In this document: piece by piece, positions 39,100-51,214 of the stretch
Position numbering within the stretch: the first letter of the stretch is position 1
Layout: each line of letters opens with the position of its first letter
Source of the DNA: Eledone cirrhosa
Lineage: Eukaryota
NCBI GenBank assembly: GCA_964016885.1
Contig: OZ024764.1
Location: forward strand, 16,120,001 to 16,184,000
DNA length: 64,000 nt
Reading direction: 5' to 3'
Made by a program: the position numbers and the translations under genes
The notes under the pieces: generated by a model
Told to the model about the DNA's origin: nothing
Databases searched by the model: none
The model's input: the letters and a program-made list of their open reading frames with translations, nothing else

Positions 39100-39480
39100 C
39101 AAATTTACCCTACTTTGCCTCATTCCTTTCCAGTCTGTTGTTGATAGACAGTGCTAACTATTTTATCTAAGTGGCTTCTTTGATCGTCAGGCTGCCTACG
39201 TTGCGTTCAGTCTCTAATATCGTGACTGAGAGTCCCTTGACTTTGTTTCCACATTTAATGATATGTTTACAGAATGATGAGGAGTTAGTGGTTACATATT
39301 CTTTAATTCCGATATGCAGGGGTCGAATTGTGCTGCTGATGTAGCAATTGTTGCATTTGTCACATTCTTGTTTATATACTATGTAAGCACACATATGCTC
39401 TGCCTGGTTACGATGGGGGTCAACTTTCCTAGCTAAGAACAGGTTCCTATCTGCTGTATACAGTCTCCTTCGCGCCAGTT
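39100..39480 (-). mobile_element. Penelope-like retroelement remnant (GIY-YIG endonuclease fragment)
   Basis: ORF 39167-39394 IVYKQECDKCNNCYISSTIRPLHIGIKEY..FCKHIIKC..LTIKEA is a decayed VY..CxxC..YIGxTxRxLxxRxxEH..EA pattern of PLE GIY-YIG domains. Confidence 0.75.
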
Positions 39481-39814
39481 TATTCAGCTGACATATACAG
39501 TTGTCGTCCAGTATTCATGGCCGAGATGTTCCCAGAACATCTGCAAAGAGTAAAAAACTGCAAATATTGGATGTGGTCCATAAAAATGACCATAAATGTC
39601 AAAACAACATAAAATATAGGCCGGCAAATACAGTATATTGTTATTGATAATTTAGTGTTAAAAAACGTGAAAAAGCATATATTGCCAGGAAAAAAGCCAT
39701 AAGACATCATCATCATCATCTTACGTCCGCTTTTCCCTGCTTGCAAGGGTGGGACGGGAACTGATTCTGGCTTGATTTCTACGACTGGATGCCCTTCCTA
39801 ACACCAACCTCATT

Positions 39815-40505
39815 TACAGTGAGTGCTGGGTGCTTTTTTTTACCGTGGCACCTCCACGTCCACTTTACAGTGTGGGCTGGGTGCTTTTTTGCCGTGGCAC
39901 CTCCACGTCCACTTTACAGTGTGGGCTGGGTGCTTTTTTGCTGTGGCACCTCCACGTCCACTTTACAGTGTGGGCTGGGTGCTTTTTTGCCGTGGCACCT
40001 ACATGTCCACTTTACAGTGTGGGCTGGGTGCTTTTTTGCTGTGGCACCTCCACGTCCACTTTACAGTGTGGGCTGGGTGCTTTTTTGCTGTGGCACCTCC
40101 ACGTCCACTTTACAGTGTGGGCTGGGTGCTTTTTTGCCGTGGCACCTCCACGTCCACTTTACAGTGTGGGCTGGGTGCTTTTTTGCCGTGGCACCTCCAT
40201 GTCCACTTTACAGTGTGGGCTGGGTGCTTTTTTGCTGTGGCACCTCCACGTCCACTTTACAGTGTGGGCTGGGTGCTTTTTTGCTGTGGCACCTCCACGT
40301 CCACTTTACAGTGTGGGCTGGGTGCTTTTTTGCTGTGGCACCTCCACGTCCACTTTACAGTGTGGGCTGGGTGCTTTTTTGCTGTGGCACCTCCACGACC
40401 ACTTTACAGTGTGGGCTGGGTGCTTTTTTGCCGTGGCACCTCCACGTCCACTTTACAGTGTGGGCTGGGTGCTTTTTTGCTGTGGCACCTCCACGACCAC
40501 TTTGC
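39815..40505 (+). repeat. 49-bp minisatellite, ~14 copies, from the RTE 3'UTR (antisense)
   Basis: Unit cactttacagtgtgggctgggtgcttttttgctgtggcacctccacgtc; reverse complement of about 27870-27960. Confidence 0.93.
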
Positions 40506-40509
40506 AGTG

Positions 40510-40680
40510 GAATGATAGGGACCCCAGTCCTTATCATCTCATTTCTACAGCTGAGTAAACTGGAGCAATGTGAAATAAAGTGTCTTGCTCAAGGAAACAA
40601 CACATCACCCGGTCTGAGAATTGAACTCACAACCTTTCCATTGCAAGGCCAATGCTCTAACCACTAAGCCATGTGCCTCC
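40510..40680 (-). mobile_element. tRNA-derived SINE family 2 (other copies at 334-430, 7365-7600, 17370-17540, 18470-18570, 26295-26465, 45830-46040)
   Basis: Minus strand TGGCTTAGTGGTTAGAGCA (A box) and GAGTTCAATTCT (B box), followed by ttccttgagcaagacactttatttcac. Confidence 0.8.
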
Positions 40681-41292
40681 ATCATGGAAGATATTTACGA
40701 TTCAGTGAATATGCAGTGGTTTCCATGAACGATTATTAGATAGGTTCTAAGGAACATTCTGCGGATTCTAGGGGTACACTCTACACCCTTTATCTACCAA
40801 CTTTCATCAGAGTGATGATGTGTATTATTGTATCAGGATTGCTGGAAATTACGCACAGACACACAGACAGACACACACAGGCAGACACACATATATATCA
40901 TCATCATCATCATCATATATATATATATATATATGATGTCCCACTCTTGCAAGTAGAGAAAAGTGGACGTGAAATGATGATGATGATGATATGCATTCTC
41001 ATACACTACAGTTTCATTTTCAGGCTTTTTTTTGTGTGTGTCTTGGTAAGTATTGGGGTTGTTTGAAATGTTTATAATTGAAAATGCCTCCCTCCCCCCC
41101 ATTAATAATAATAATAATAATAATAATAAGAGGGGTTTCCTAAACTAAAGTACTTGTCCTTCAGATAATCCCCCCCCCCCCCAAATATATATATATATAT
41201 TCCAAGCAATCAATCTGGGTTTATCTCCCGACCGACACATCCATTGGTATTTTTCAAGGGCGGTGCCCCCAAATGGCTGGAACAGGTAAAAG

Positions 41293-41361
<69 letters not shown>

Positions 41362-42255
41362 ATATATACATTTTTATTTTTTTTTTCCTTTAGTGTATTA
41401 CTGGTACTGGCTGACATTGGCACTCGTTAAGCTCATTAATTACACATTTAAAGTTAATATCTTTCCTCTCATCATCCTAATATGTTTCTTGTAAAATGAT
41501 TTTTCAAATTTTCTGTTCGTTTGCAGGCAAGCTCTTTTTCGGAAATTTTTCTATAATCTTCGCCCCGTTTATAATTTTAATCTGATTTTGTTTTGTCTCA
41601 CAGGCTCTCCTTTAGGAATTCTCTTGTCATTTTGGAAATATTAAACTATATTTAAATATATTTGAATATATTTAAAATATTTTTATCGATATGTTTGAAG
41701 TTGTTCTCTTGTAGATTGACCCCCTGTAGTGGTTCCTTGATGGGAAAAACAGTTTGGCTTGAAAACAGATAGACTGACAGACAAATAGACTGACAGACAG
41801 ACAGATAGACTGACAGTTAGATAGACTGACTGACAGGAACATACAGATAGACAAGCTGACAGGGATAGACAGAGAGAGCCCTCCAAAATAAATAAGAATT
41901 GGTTTCGTTTCGTTTCAGTGAGTCCTTTCCTTTCCTTTTGCTAGGTTCTTCAAAAGGCCTGTCATACACACACACACACACACACACACAATACATATAT
42001 TGTTGTTGTTGTCATATTGTCTCTTCCTTCTTCTCCTCCTCCTCCTCTTCATTGCCAACTTGTGTCAGTCACATGGTTGTTTTTCCTGGCTTTTAATTCT
42101 TTTGCAGGGGTCACTTGGAAGGACTGGTTTTGTTTGTCACATGTCATATAAATGTTGTCTTTGTAGGGCTTCCCAGGGTCTGAGCAGGAGGCTTTAATAT
42201 GGAAAATAAACACTCGTTATGTACATCGAACCGAAAAAAGATTTTAATTATAAAG

Positions 42256-42295
<40 letters not shown>

Positions 42296-42435
42296 TAAAA
42301 AATAAAAAGGAAAAAAAAAACCCAACGAATTAACAAAATAAATATATAATTACATAATCTTTTCTCGCAATTTTTGGGGTTTCCTTCTAATGCTTCTGTT
42401 ATATATTGGACTTATAGGTGTCAATTTTGGTTCAG

Positions 42436-42490
42436 ATATTGGAGAGCGATGTGAAAGTTTTCTCATGCTAGCTGAGAACAAAGAGACCAG
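42436..42490 (+). other. Candidate 55-nt poison exon of RBM39
   Basis: ttttggttcag|ATATTGG...GACCAG|gtatgt; in phase 2 reads R-Y-W-R-A-M-TGA (42452-42454). Confidence 0.6.
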
Positions 42491-42659
42491 GTATGTGGGT
42501 TGAAGGAAACAACGGGGGTTGGTGGGGGCGGTTGTGACAGTTTGGCAACGGGGGAGGGTGGCTGCTGGGAAATGGGAGACGGGGTTGGATTGGAAGTTCG
42601 GGACTGCCCCTCACTCATTTGGTATTTTTCAAGGTTTTTTTTTTTTTGTATTCAAAAAA

Positions 42660-42699
<40 letters not shown>

Positions 42700-43691
42700 G
42701 CAGTAATAATAAAATATGAAGACTAGATTTCCATAATGCCTTTTACTATGTTTTAGCCCTAATACGTATTTCTGTGGTGCCATTGTTACATCATGATGCT
42801 ATAACACAATTACTGACATGACATCTTCAGACAGCCTCTTAGGTAATATGTGTAATCATATAATTTATTTCTAAATCACTGCAACCTTTTCATGTGGGGA
42901 GACAGATATACTTTCGATATACTCCATTCTCCCACTTCCATCCGCACCACCCTTTCTCTGTAAAGTTATGTTGGTACCACATAACATCCAGCCCAGACAG
43001 AAGTGGTCGTGTAGGTGTCGCGACAAAAAGCACTGTCTACACTATAAAGTGGTCGTGTAGAAGACATGGTAAAAAGCACCAGGCCCACACTGTAAATATG
43101 GTTGGCGCTAGGAAGGGCATCCAGTTGTGGAAAACCAGCCAGAAGTAGTCCTATACAAGTGAGACACGGTCACTCGACCAAACTTACCTCAAGTGGGACA
43201 AACCTGTCTAACCCATGCTAGCGTGGAAGATAGACATTAAACAGCGATGATGATGATGTTGCTACTTCAAGGGTCTGTTTACCATGTGAAGACAGAGCTT
43301 TGAAATAACAACATGGAATGCATAACAAGTGTATTACTTACGAGGCTGTCTGAAGACATTGTGCCTGTAACTGTGTCATAGCATCATGGCACTACAGAAA
43401 TGCGTATTATGGCTAATTATGTAATAAAAGGAATTATGGAAATCTAGCCATTGTATTTTATTGTTACTGTATGTGTACTCTGTCCTGTACTACCCATGTG
43501 ATACCACTCAGAATTGGAAGGATACATAAGACGTTGAATGCTTTTTCCTTATTACATCAGGATTTACTAATGTGAGTGATATAAAACACAGCCCCAGCAA
43601 GCAATTAGTAAATATTCTATAACACAAATAAATATATATATATATATATACGATATTAAATAAATGGAAACTATATTTATAAAACCATATT

Positions 43692-43756
43692 TATTTCATT
43701 ATACATATTTCAGGGATACCAAATTAAAATATGGTATGCCTTCATCAGACAAAATA
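43692..43756 (-). ncRNA. Hammerhead motif, family A
   Basis: Minus strand TATTTTGT-CTGATGA-AGGC ATACCA..TGGTAT CCCT-GAA-ATATGTAT-A-ATGAAATA. Confidence 0.62.
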
Positions 43757-45054
43757 CAATATATAAACAGTTTTATAAATAATTTTGACGTACCCTATTA
43801 GATGCGACCATTATTTTTGGAAGCTGTCTATCGTATATCTACTCCAAAAACTTGTCGAGTGCTTTATATCAGTTATAAAATATTTACTTGTTGTATCCCA
43901 ACAATTTTAAATAGAACTTTTGCATATATATATATGTATATATATATAAGGTAGTATTAATAAATACAAAGAGTACTTGATAAGAGATGTCTGTAAGTAT
44001 ATATATATATAGTTACACTGGGCCCCAACTCTCTAATATATATATATATATATGAGAGTTGGGGCCCAGTGACTGAGCTCTGGCTGTTTCGACAGCAAAT
44101 TAATGTCTACTATCCCAAGTCTCGAGTCCTCTGCAGAATAATAATGGCCTCACCAGTTTAAAACTTGTGCAATCCTGATCTAACTATATATATATAGTTA
44201 GGGGTTCTAACCCTATATTATCTTGGGAATTTTACCTGCCCTATATATATATATATCACATAAGAAACAGAGAATATATCTATGTATGTATATCCAGGGA
44301 GTGTAACTTGACTGTAGGTTCACCCGGGTGAACACTCAACGTTTAGGTACACTTCGGTGTCGAAGTGTAGAGCTAGACGGTGTATTATAGTGAAATAAAA
44401 TAGCATACACACACATACATACGGCAAATTGACAGAACGTCAGATAGAATGCTTTATGGTCTTCTTTCCGGCTCTCTCAGTTCAAATTCCGCCGAGGTCA
44501 ATTTTGCCTAAAATCCTTTTGAGGTCGATAAAGAAAAGTACCAGTCTATTACTGGGCTCGATTCATCCTCTCTCTGGAAGAAATTTGTTGTACTCAGGCC
44601 TGGAGAGAGATGGGCTCTGCCGGGAATTCAAAAGGTGTATGCCAATACAGCACCACTATGACTATCGGGAGTTACGGGGACCATGTATATAAATAAAACT
44701 CTTAAAGCAAATTTTTTTTATTATAAGCACAGATAAAAAAGTTTAAGCAAACAGTTTCTGCTCTCACCCCCAACTGGCATCTTCGGAAACTGAGATATAG
44801 CAATCTGTAGACACATATATAAACATTTCGAGAAAATTAGAAGCAAATATCACCTTTAGAATAGAAAAGCTTAATGGCTCCATGTGAAAATGTTCAATCG
44901 AGTTATGGCTATTTGTATGCAGGGAAAAGAAGATTGCGTCATTTAGCAAAGCTGAAAAAACTGATATGTACAAAGGAATGGTGTGGAGGTTTATATTGCG
45001 TTTGTAATTAGAATACTAACTTACTGCCAAGTATGCAAATTTGTGATATTTTTA

Positions 45055-45408
45055 ATCATCATCATTTTACGTTTGCTTTTCCCTGCTTGCAAGGGTGGGA
45101 TGGGTCCTATTCAGCACAGCATCTCTCCATTTGCCACGGTCCTTTGTCATCTCCTCTGTGAGATTCAGTGATCTGAGGTCTGCTCTCACAACCTCCGCCC
45201 ATGTTTTCTGTGGTCTTCCTCTACTGCATCTTCCCTCCACTGGGACTTCCTGGCACTTCTTCACCCAGCAGTCATCATCCATGCGCATCACAAGGCCATA
45301 CCAACGTAGTCTTCTCTCCTGCACGCTACAGTTTATTCCTCTTATACACAGTTTCTTTCTCAACTCCATGTTTCGTCATTCACGCACATTGACATTGCAC
45401 ATTCATCT
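45055..45408 (-). mobile_element. RTE LINE 3' fragment
   Basis: ORF 45067-45369 RLRWYGLVMRMDDDCWVKKC..GRPQKTW. Confidence 0.85.
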
Positions 45409-46037
45409 GGTGGTATTAACCCTTTAGTTACCAGCCCGGCCAGAACCTTACATTAAGTTACTGTCTTAATAATGATTTCTAGTATAGGCACCAGGCCAGT
45501 AATTTGGGGGGAGGGGAAAGTCGATTAAATATATTTTTTTGTTCAGCAGTGAGGCTCCCCAAATGTTTATTATATATATATTGTATGTATATCTATATAT
45601 GATTTCATATGCACCTCAGCTCTACTTAAACATTGTCTTAGTGCTTTCACCTATTATATATATATATTATGAATATATATACAATAGGAAAATGTTCAAG
45701 ACCCCGACGGCAGTGCTCAAGCCGTTTCGACAGCTATTTCTCTAGACCAGAATTTTTGTAGTAGTGCGGCCGACCTTATGATGAATGAAGTCCTATGCAG
45801 CCCACCGCTCAAAAAAGGTTGCCTATTCCTGGGTTAGTGGTTAGGGTTGTAATGTCGTGTTTAATTCCTCAGACAGGTGGGGTGTGTTGTTGATCGAAAC
45901 ACATTTCTCGTTGCTCTAGTCCACTCAGCTAAAAATGATGACCATTGGCAGCAAGGTGAGGGTTTGTCTTGTGCACCCCGTCACTTAATGCCAATGAAAC
46001 CAGGATGGATAAGCTCGAACCTTGTGGTCTTCTGGGC

Positions 46038-46876
46038 TTGTGACAGACTTTGGTGGTCTTCTGGGTTTGTGACAGACTTGCCGGGCTTCTAGGCTTGTGA
46101 CAAGTTTGGTAGTCTTCAGGGTTTGTGACAGACTTGCCGGGCTTCTAAGCTTGTGACAAGTTTGGTGGTCTTCTGGGTTTGTGACAGACATGCCGGGCTT
46201 CTAAGCTTGTGACAAGTTTGGTGGTCTTCTGGGTTTGTGACAGACTTGCCGGGCTTCTAGGCTTGTGACAAGTTTGGTGGTCTTCTGGGTTTGTGACAGA
46301 CTTGCCGGGCTTCTAGGCTTGTGACAAGTTTGGTAGTCTTCAGGGTCTGTGACAGACTTGCCGGGCTTCTAGGCTTGTGACAAGTTTGGTGGTCTTCAGG
46401 GTCTGTGACAGACTTGCCGGGCTTCTAGGCTTGTGACAAGTTTGGTAGTCTTCAGGGTCTGTGACAGACTTGCCGGGCTTCTAGGCTTGTGACAAGTTTG
46501 GTGGTCTTCTGGGTTTGTGACAGACTTGCCGGGCTTCTAGGCTTGTGACAAGTTTGGTAGTCTTCAGGGTCTGTGACAGACTTGCCGGGCTTCTAGGCTT
46601 GTGACAAGTTTGGTAGTCTTCAGGGTCTGCGACAGACTTGCCGGGCTTCTAGGCTTGTGACAAGTTTGGTAGTCTTCAGGGTCTGCGACAGACTTGCCGG
46701 GCTTCTAGGCTTGTGACAAGTTTGGTAGTCTTCAGGGTCTGCGACAGACTTGCCGGGCTTCTAGGCTTGTGACAAGTTTGGTAGTCTTCAGGGTCTGCGA
46801 CAGACTTGCCGGGCTTCTAGGCTTGTGACAAGTTTGGTAGTCTTCAGGGTCTGCGACAGACTTGCCGCGCTTCTGG
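46038..46876 (+). repeat. 56-bp (2 x ~28) minisatellite, ~15 copies
   Basis: Unit gacttgccgggcttctaggcttgtgacaagtttggtagtcttcagggtttgtgaca. Confidence 0.93.
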
Positions 46877-47027
46877 ATAACAATAGACTCTGACCTTAGC
46901 AAATTCAATAATCCCAAATATTTTCAGGTTTAAAAACTAATTATGAAGAGTATTGCTGAGAGCGTCTTATAGGATCAATCAGATATAATTTTATAAGAAG
47001 GCAGATTTAAGTTGAATGTAATAAAAG

Positions 47028-47762
47028 ACTGGGAGCCTTTTTACCATGTCCCCTACATGACCACCTTACAGTGTGGACTGGGAGCCTTTTTACCATGTCC
47101 CCTACATGACCACCTTACAGTGTGGACTGGGAGCCTTTTTACCATGTCCCCTACATGACCACCTTTACAGTGTGGACTGGGAGCCTTTTTACTGTGTCTC
47201 CTACGTGACCCCTTTACAGTGTGGACTGGGAGCCTTTTTACTGTCTCCTACATGACCCCTTTACAGTGTGGACTGGGAGCCTTTTTACTGTGTCTCCTAC
47301 ATGACCCCTTTACAGTGTGAACTGGGAGACTTTTTACCATGTCCCCTACATGACCACCTTACAGTGTGGACTGGGAACCTTTTTACTGTGTCTCCTTCAT
47401 GACCACCTTACAGTGTGGACTGGGAACCTTTTTACCGTGTCTCCTACATTACCCATTTACAGTGTGGACTGGGAGACTTTTTACCATGTCTCCTACATGA
47501 CCACCTTACAGTGTGGACTGGGAGACTTTTTACCGTGTCTCCTTCATGACCACCTTACAGTGTGGACTGGGAACCTTTTTACCGTGTCTCCTACATGACC
47601 CCTTTACAGTGTGGACTGGGAGACTTTTTACCGTGTCTCCTACGTGACCCCTTTACAGTGTGGACTGGGAGACTTTTCACCATGTCCCCTACATGACAAC
47701 TTTACAGTGTGGACTGGGAGTCTTTTCACTGTATCTCCTACATGACCACTTTACAGTGTGGA
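47028..47762 (+). repeat. ~49-bp minisatellite, ~15 copies
   Basis: Unit gactgggagcctttttaccatgtcccctacatgaccaccttacagtgtg; related to the 39815 unit. Confidence 0.92.
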
Positions 47763-48465
47763 TTGTTGTCATCGACACAGTGGACAGAACAGGAGAGGGT
47801 GTGTGGGATGAGGTGTATATTAGGTGAAGAGGTGCCTACTGACTGTAGGTTTGTATGCAATGGTAGTCAGATCTTCTGTACAACTGCATGGCGCCAAAGG
47901 TCTTGATCCAGTGTCATTGTCTTAGAGAGGTGTAGATGGGCATACACTTAAATCTGCCTTCCTAACAAATCACCTCTGATTGATCCTCCGAAGACCCTCA
48001 CTTGGAAACCCCTTTGATGATGGGCTTTAGACCCGAAAATATTTGGGATGATTAAATTTGCTAACGTAAGAGTTGATTGTTATCTTGGCATTTTTAATTT
48101 TCTAGTGCATTGTATGGTTTTCAAGGTTATATATATATTAGTTTTACCTTTCGTTCTTCCGGGGTCGATAAAATAAAGTAGCAGTCATGCGTTGGGGTTG
48201 ATTTAATCCCCTTTCCCCTCCCCTTCAAATTGCTGGCCTTGTGCCTAAATCAGAAACCATGTGTGTGTGTGTGTGTATATATATATGCGCACACACGCAC
48301 ACACACACACACACACACATATATATACACACGTACACCTCACACACATCTATGTAATATGTATGATTATATATACATACACACACACATCTCATACATA
48401 TGTACACCGTACACACATCTATCTATCTATATCTATCTCTCTCTCTCTATATATATAATATATAT

Positions 48466-48507
<42 letters not shown>

Positions 48508-48833
48508 ATGATATTAAATAAATGGAAACTATATTTATAAAACCATATTTATTTTATTATATATATTTCAAGGGTACCAAGGCACATTGGTGCGCTTTCA
48601 TCAGATAAAATACAAAGTTTGTTTTATAAATAGAGACGTACCCAGGAAAATCATACCTTATCCAGTGAATTTCCAACCGATAAGGTATGATTTTCCTGGG
48701 TACGTCTCTATTTATAAAACAAACTTTGGTACGCTTTCATCAGATAAAATACAATGTGTCTTGGTACCCTTGAAATATATATAATAAAATAAATATGGTT
48801 TTATAAATATAGTTTCCATCTATTTAATATCAT
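48508..48833. repeat. Palindrome, ~155-bp arms, with an internal 27-bp micro-inversion
   Basis: Arms pair except 48727-48753, which has the same orientation as the left arm. Confidence 0.88.
48550..48612 (-). ncRNA. Hammerhead motif, family A
   Basis: Minus strand TATTTTAT-CTGATGA-AAGCGCACCAA..TTGGTACCCTT-GAA-ATATATAT-A-ATAAAATA. Confidence 0.62.
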
Positions 48834-48975
48834 AGAATGTTTTTACTCCAGTAACTTGTTGAGTGCTCTAAATCAGTTATAAACATTTATATTTGTCGGA
48901 CTTCCAACAAATTAAATAGCCCTCCTACTTTGATAGATAGATATATATAAGTCCAGCAGTTGCAAGGGCGGGAGA

Positions 48976-49022
48976 GATCAATCTGATGAGAACCAGTTGA
49001 GTTCGAAATGCATCAACGATTG
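48976..49022 (+). ncRNA. Minimal hammerhead-like motif
   Basis: CTGATGA-GAAC CAGTTGA GTTC-GAA-ATGCAT-C: perfect 4-bp stem II, palindromic stem III, mismatched stem I. Confidence 0.5.
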
Positions 49023-49339
49023 CCCCCCCCCCCCTCTTCTGCTGGACACCACCGTGTGGCGTTAGCTGCCTGCCAGTGTTTTTGCATAGCTATGGCTTTC
49101 TAAATGTTTATTTATAAACATACTGTATTTCTTTGGAAATAGCAAATTCAAATACACATTTGTATACAGCTGTGTTTGAAGCTAAATTCTAATTCTATAA
49201 TATATATGGATATATTATTATATATCCAAACACGCACGCATACCTCCACTTATCTATATGTATATACTGTAATTTTTTGAAAACTTGTACATAGCTATGA
49301 ATAGATTTGTTCCATAATGACACTAGTGTGTTTGTGTGT

Positions 49340-50860
49340 CTTAGAAATATGGTAATGAAAGGGTTAATGACATAGACAGTGTCTTTCATTAGAAATATGG
49401 TAGTGAAAGGGTTAATGACATAGACACTGTCTTTCATTAGAAATATGGTAGTGAAAGGGTTAATGACATAGACAGTGTCTTTCATTAGAAATATGGTAAT
49501 GAAAGGGTTAATGACATAGACACTGTCTTTCATTAGAAATATGGTAGTGAAAGGGTTAATGACATAGACAGTGTCTTTCATTAGAAATATGGTAAGGAAA
49601 GGGTTAATGACATAGACACTGTCTTTCATTAGAAATATGGTAGTGAAAGGGTTAATGACATAGGCAGTGTCTTTCATTAGAAATATGGTAGTGAAAGGGT
49701 TAATGACATAGACAGTGTCTTTCATTAGAAATATGGTAAGGAAAGGGTTAATGACATAGACAGTGTCTTTCATTAGAAATATGGTAATGAAAGGGTTAAT
49801 GACATAGACAGTGTCTTTCATTAGAAATATGGTAGTGAAAGGGTTAATGACATAGACAGTGTCTTTCATTAGAAATATGGTAATGAAAGGGTTAATGACA
49901 TAGACAGTGTCTTTCATTAGAAATATGGTAGTGAAAGGGTTAATGACATAGACAGTGTCTTTCATTAGAAATATGGTAAGGAAAGGGTTAATGACATAGA
50001 CAGTGTCTTTCATTAGAAATATGGTAATGAAAGGGTTAATGACATAGACAGTGTCTTTCATTAGAAATATGGTAGTGAAAGGGTTAATGACATAGACAGT
50101 GTCTTTCATTAGAAATATGGTAGTGAAAGGGTTAATGACATAGACACTGTCTTTCATTAGAAATATGGTAGTGAAAGGGTTAATGACATAGACAGTGTCT
50201 TTCATTACAAATATGGTAATGAAAGGGTTAATGACATAGACACTGTCTTTCATTAGAAATATGGTAGTGAAAGGGTTAATGACATAGGCAGTGTCTTTCA
50301 TTAGAAATATGGTAGTGAAAGGGTTAATGACATAGACAGTGTCTTTCATTAGAAATATGGTAATGAAAGGGTTAATGACATAGACAGTGTCTTTCATTAG
50401 AAATATGGTAATGAAAGGGTTAATGACATAGACAGTGTCTTTCATTAGAAATATGGTAGTGAAAGGGTTAATGACATAGACAGTGTCTTTCATTAGAAAT
50501 ATGGTAGTGAAAGGGTTAATGACATAGACAGTGTCTTTCATTAGAAATATGGTAGTGAAAGGGTTAATGACTTAGATAGTGTCTTTCATTAGAAATAAGG
50601 TAATGTAAGGGTTAATGACATAGACAGTGTCTTTCATTAGAAATATGGTAGTGAAAGGGTTAATGACATAGTGTCTTTCATTAGAAATATGGTAATGAAA
50701 GGGTTAATGACATAGTGTCTTTCATTAGAAATATGGTAATGAAAGGGTTAATGACATAGTGTCTTTCATTAGAAATATGGTAATGAAAGGGTTAATGACA
50801 TAGACAGTGTCTTTCATTAGAAATATGGTAATGAAAGGGTTAATGACATAGACAGTGTCA
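49340..50860 (-). repeat. 48-bp minisatellite, ~31 copies, built on a TTAACCC MITE terminus
   Basis: Minus unit ttaaccctttcattaccatatttctaatgaaagacactgtctatgtca; same unit at 63280-63840 and same terminus at 5498-5830. Confidence 0.93.
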
Positions 50861-51214
50861 CTCCTTCCTGTTTAAACCGGCTGTAACCAGCTGCTCTTAT
50901 TTATGTTAAGGTATTGTTCTCAAAATAAATGTTTCTACTTTTGGCACAAGGCTAGTAATCACCCCAGTACATTACTGGTACTTTATTTTATCAACCCCAT
51001 AAGGATGAAAGGCAAAGTTAACTCTTTAATGTTCAAACTGGCCAGAATTCTCTCACCTCTTCCTGTTCAAACCGGCCATAACTGGCCGCTGAAACTGATG
51101 TTACGGTCTTGTTCTCAAAACAAATAATATCAAAATCTCATAGATTTGATGTTATGTGAGGTAAAGCCTTTACTGTGACAATACAATAGTATCATCATCA
51201 TTTCATTTTACGTC

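Noticed and set aside
46038-46876. CTGAAGA..CAAACTTGTC on the minus strand as tandem hammerheads
   Set aside because: No GAAA and no stem II.
48009-48048. TTGATGA-TGGG..CCC-GAAAATATTT hammerhead
   Set aside because: C3 is mutated and stem II is imperfect; relic only.
49195-50541. 448 aa ORF (MKDTVYVINPF repeats)
   Set aside because: 48-bp satellite of a MITE terminus.
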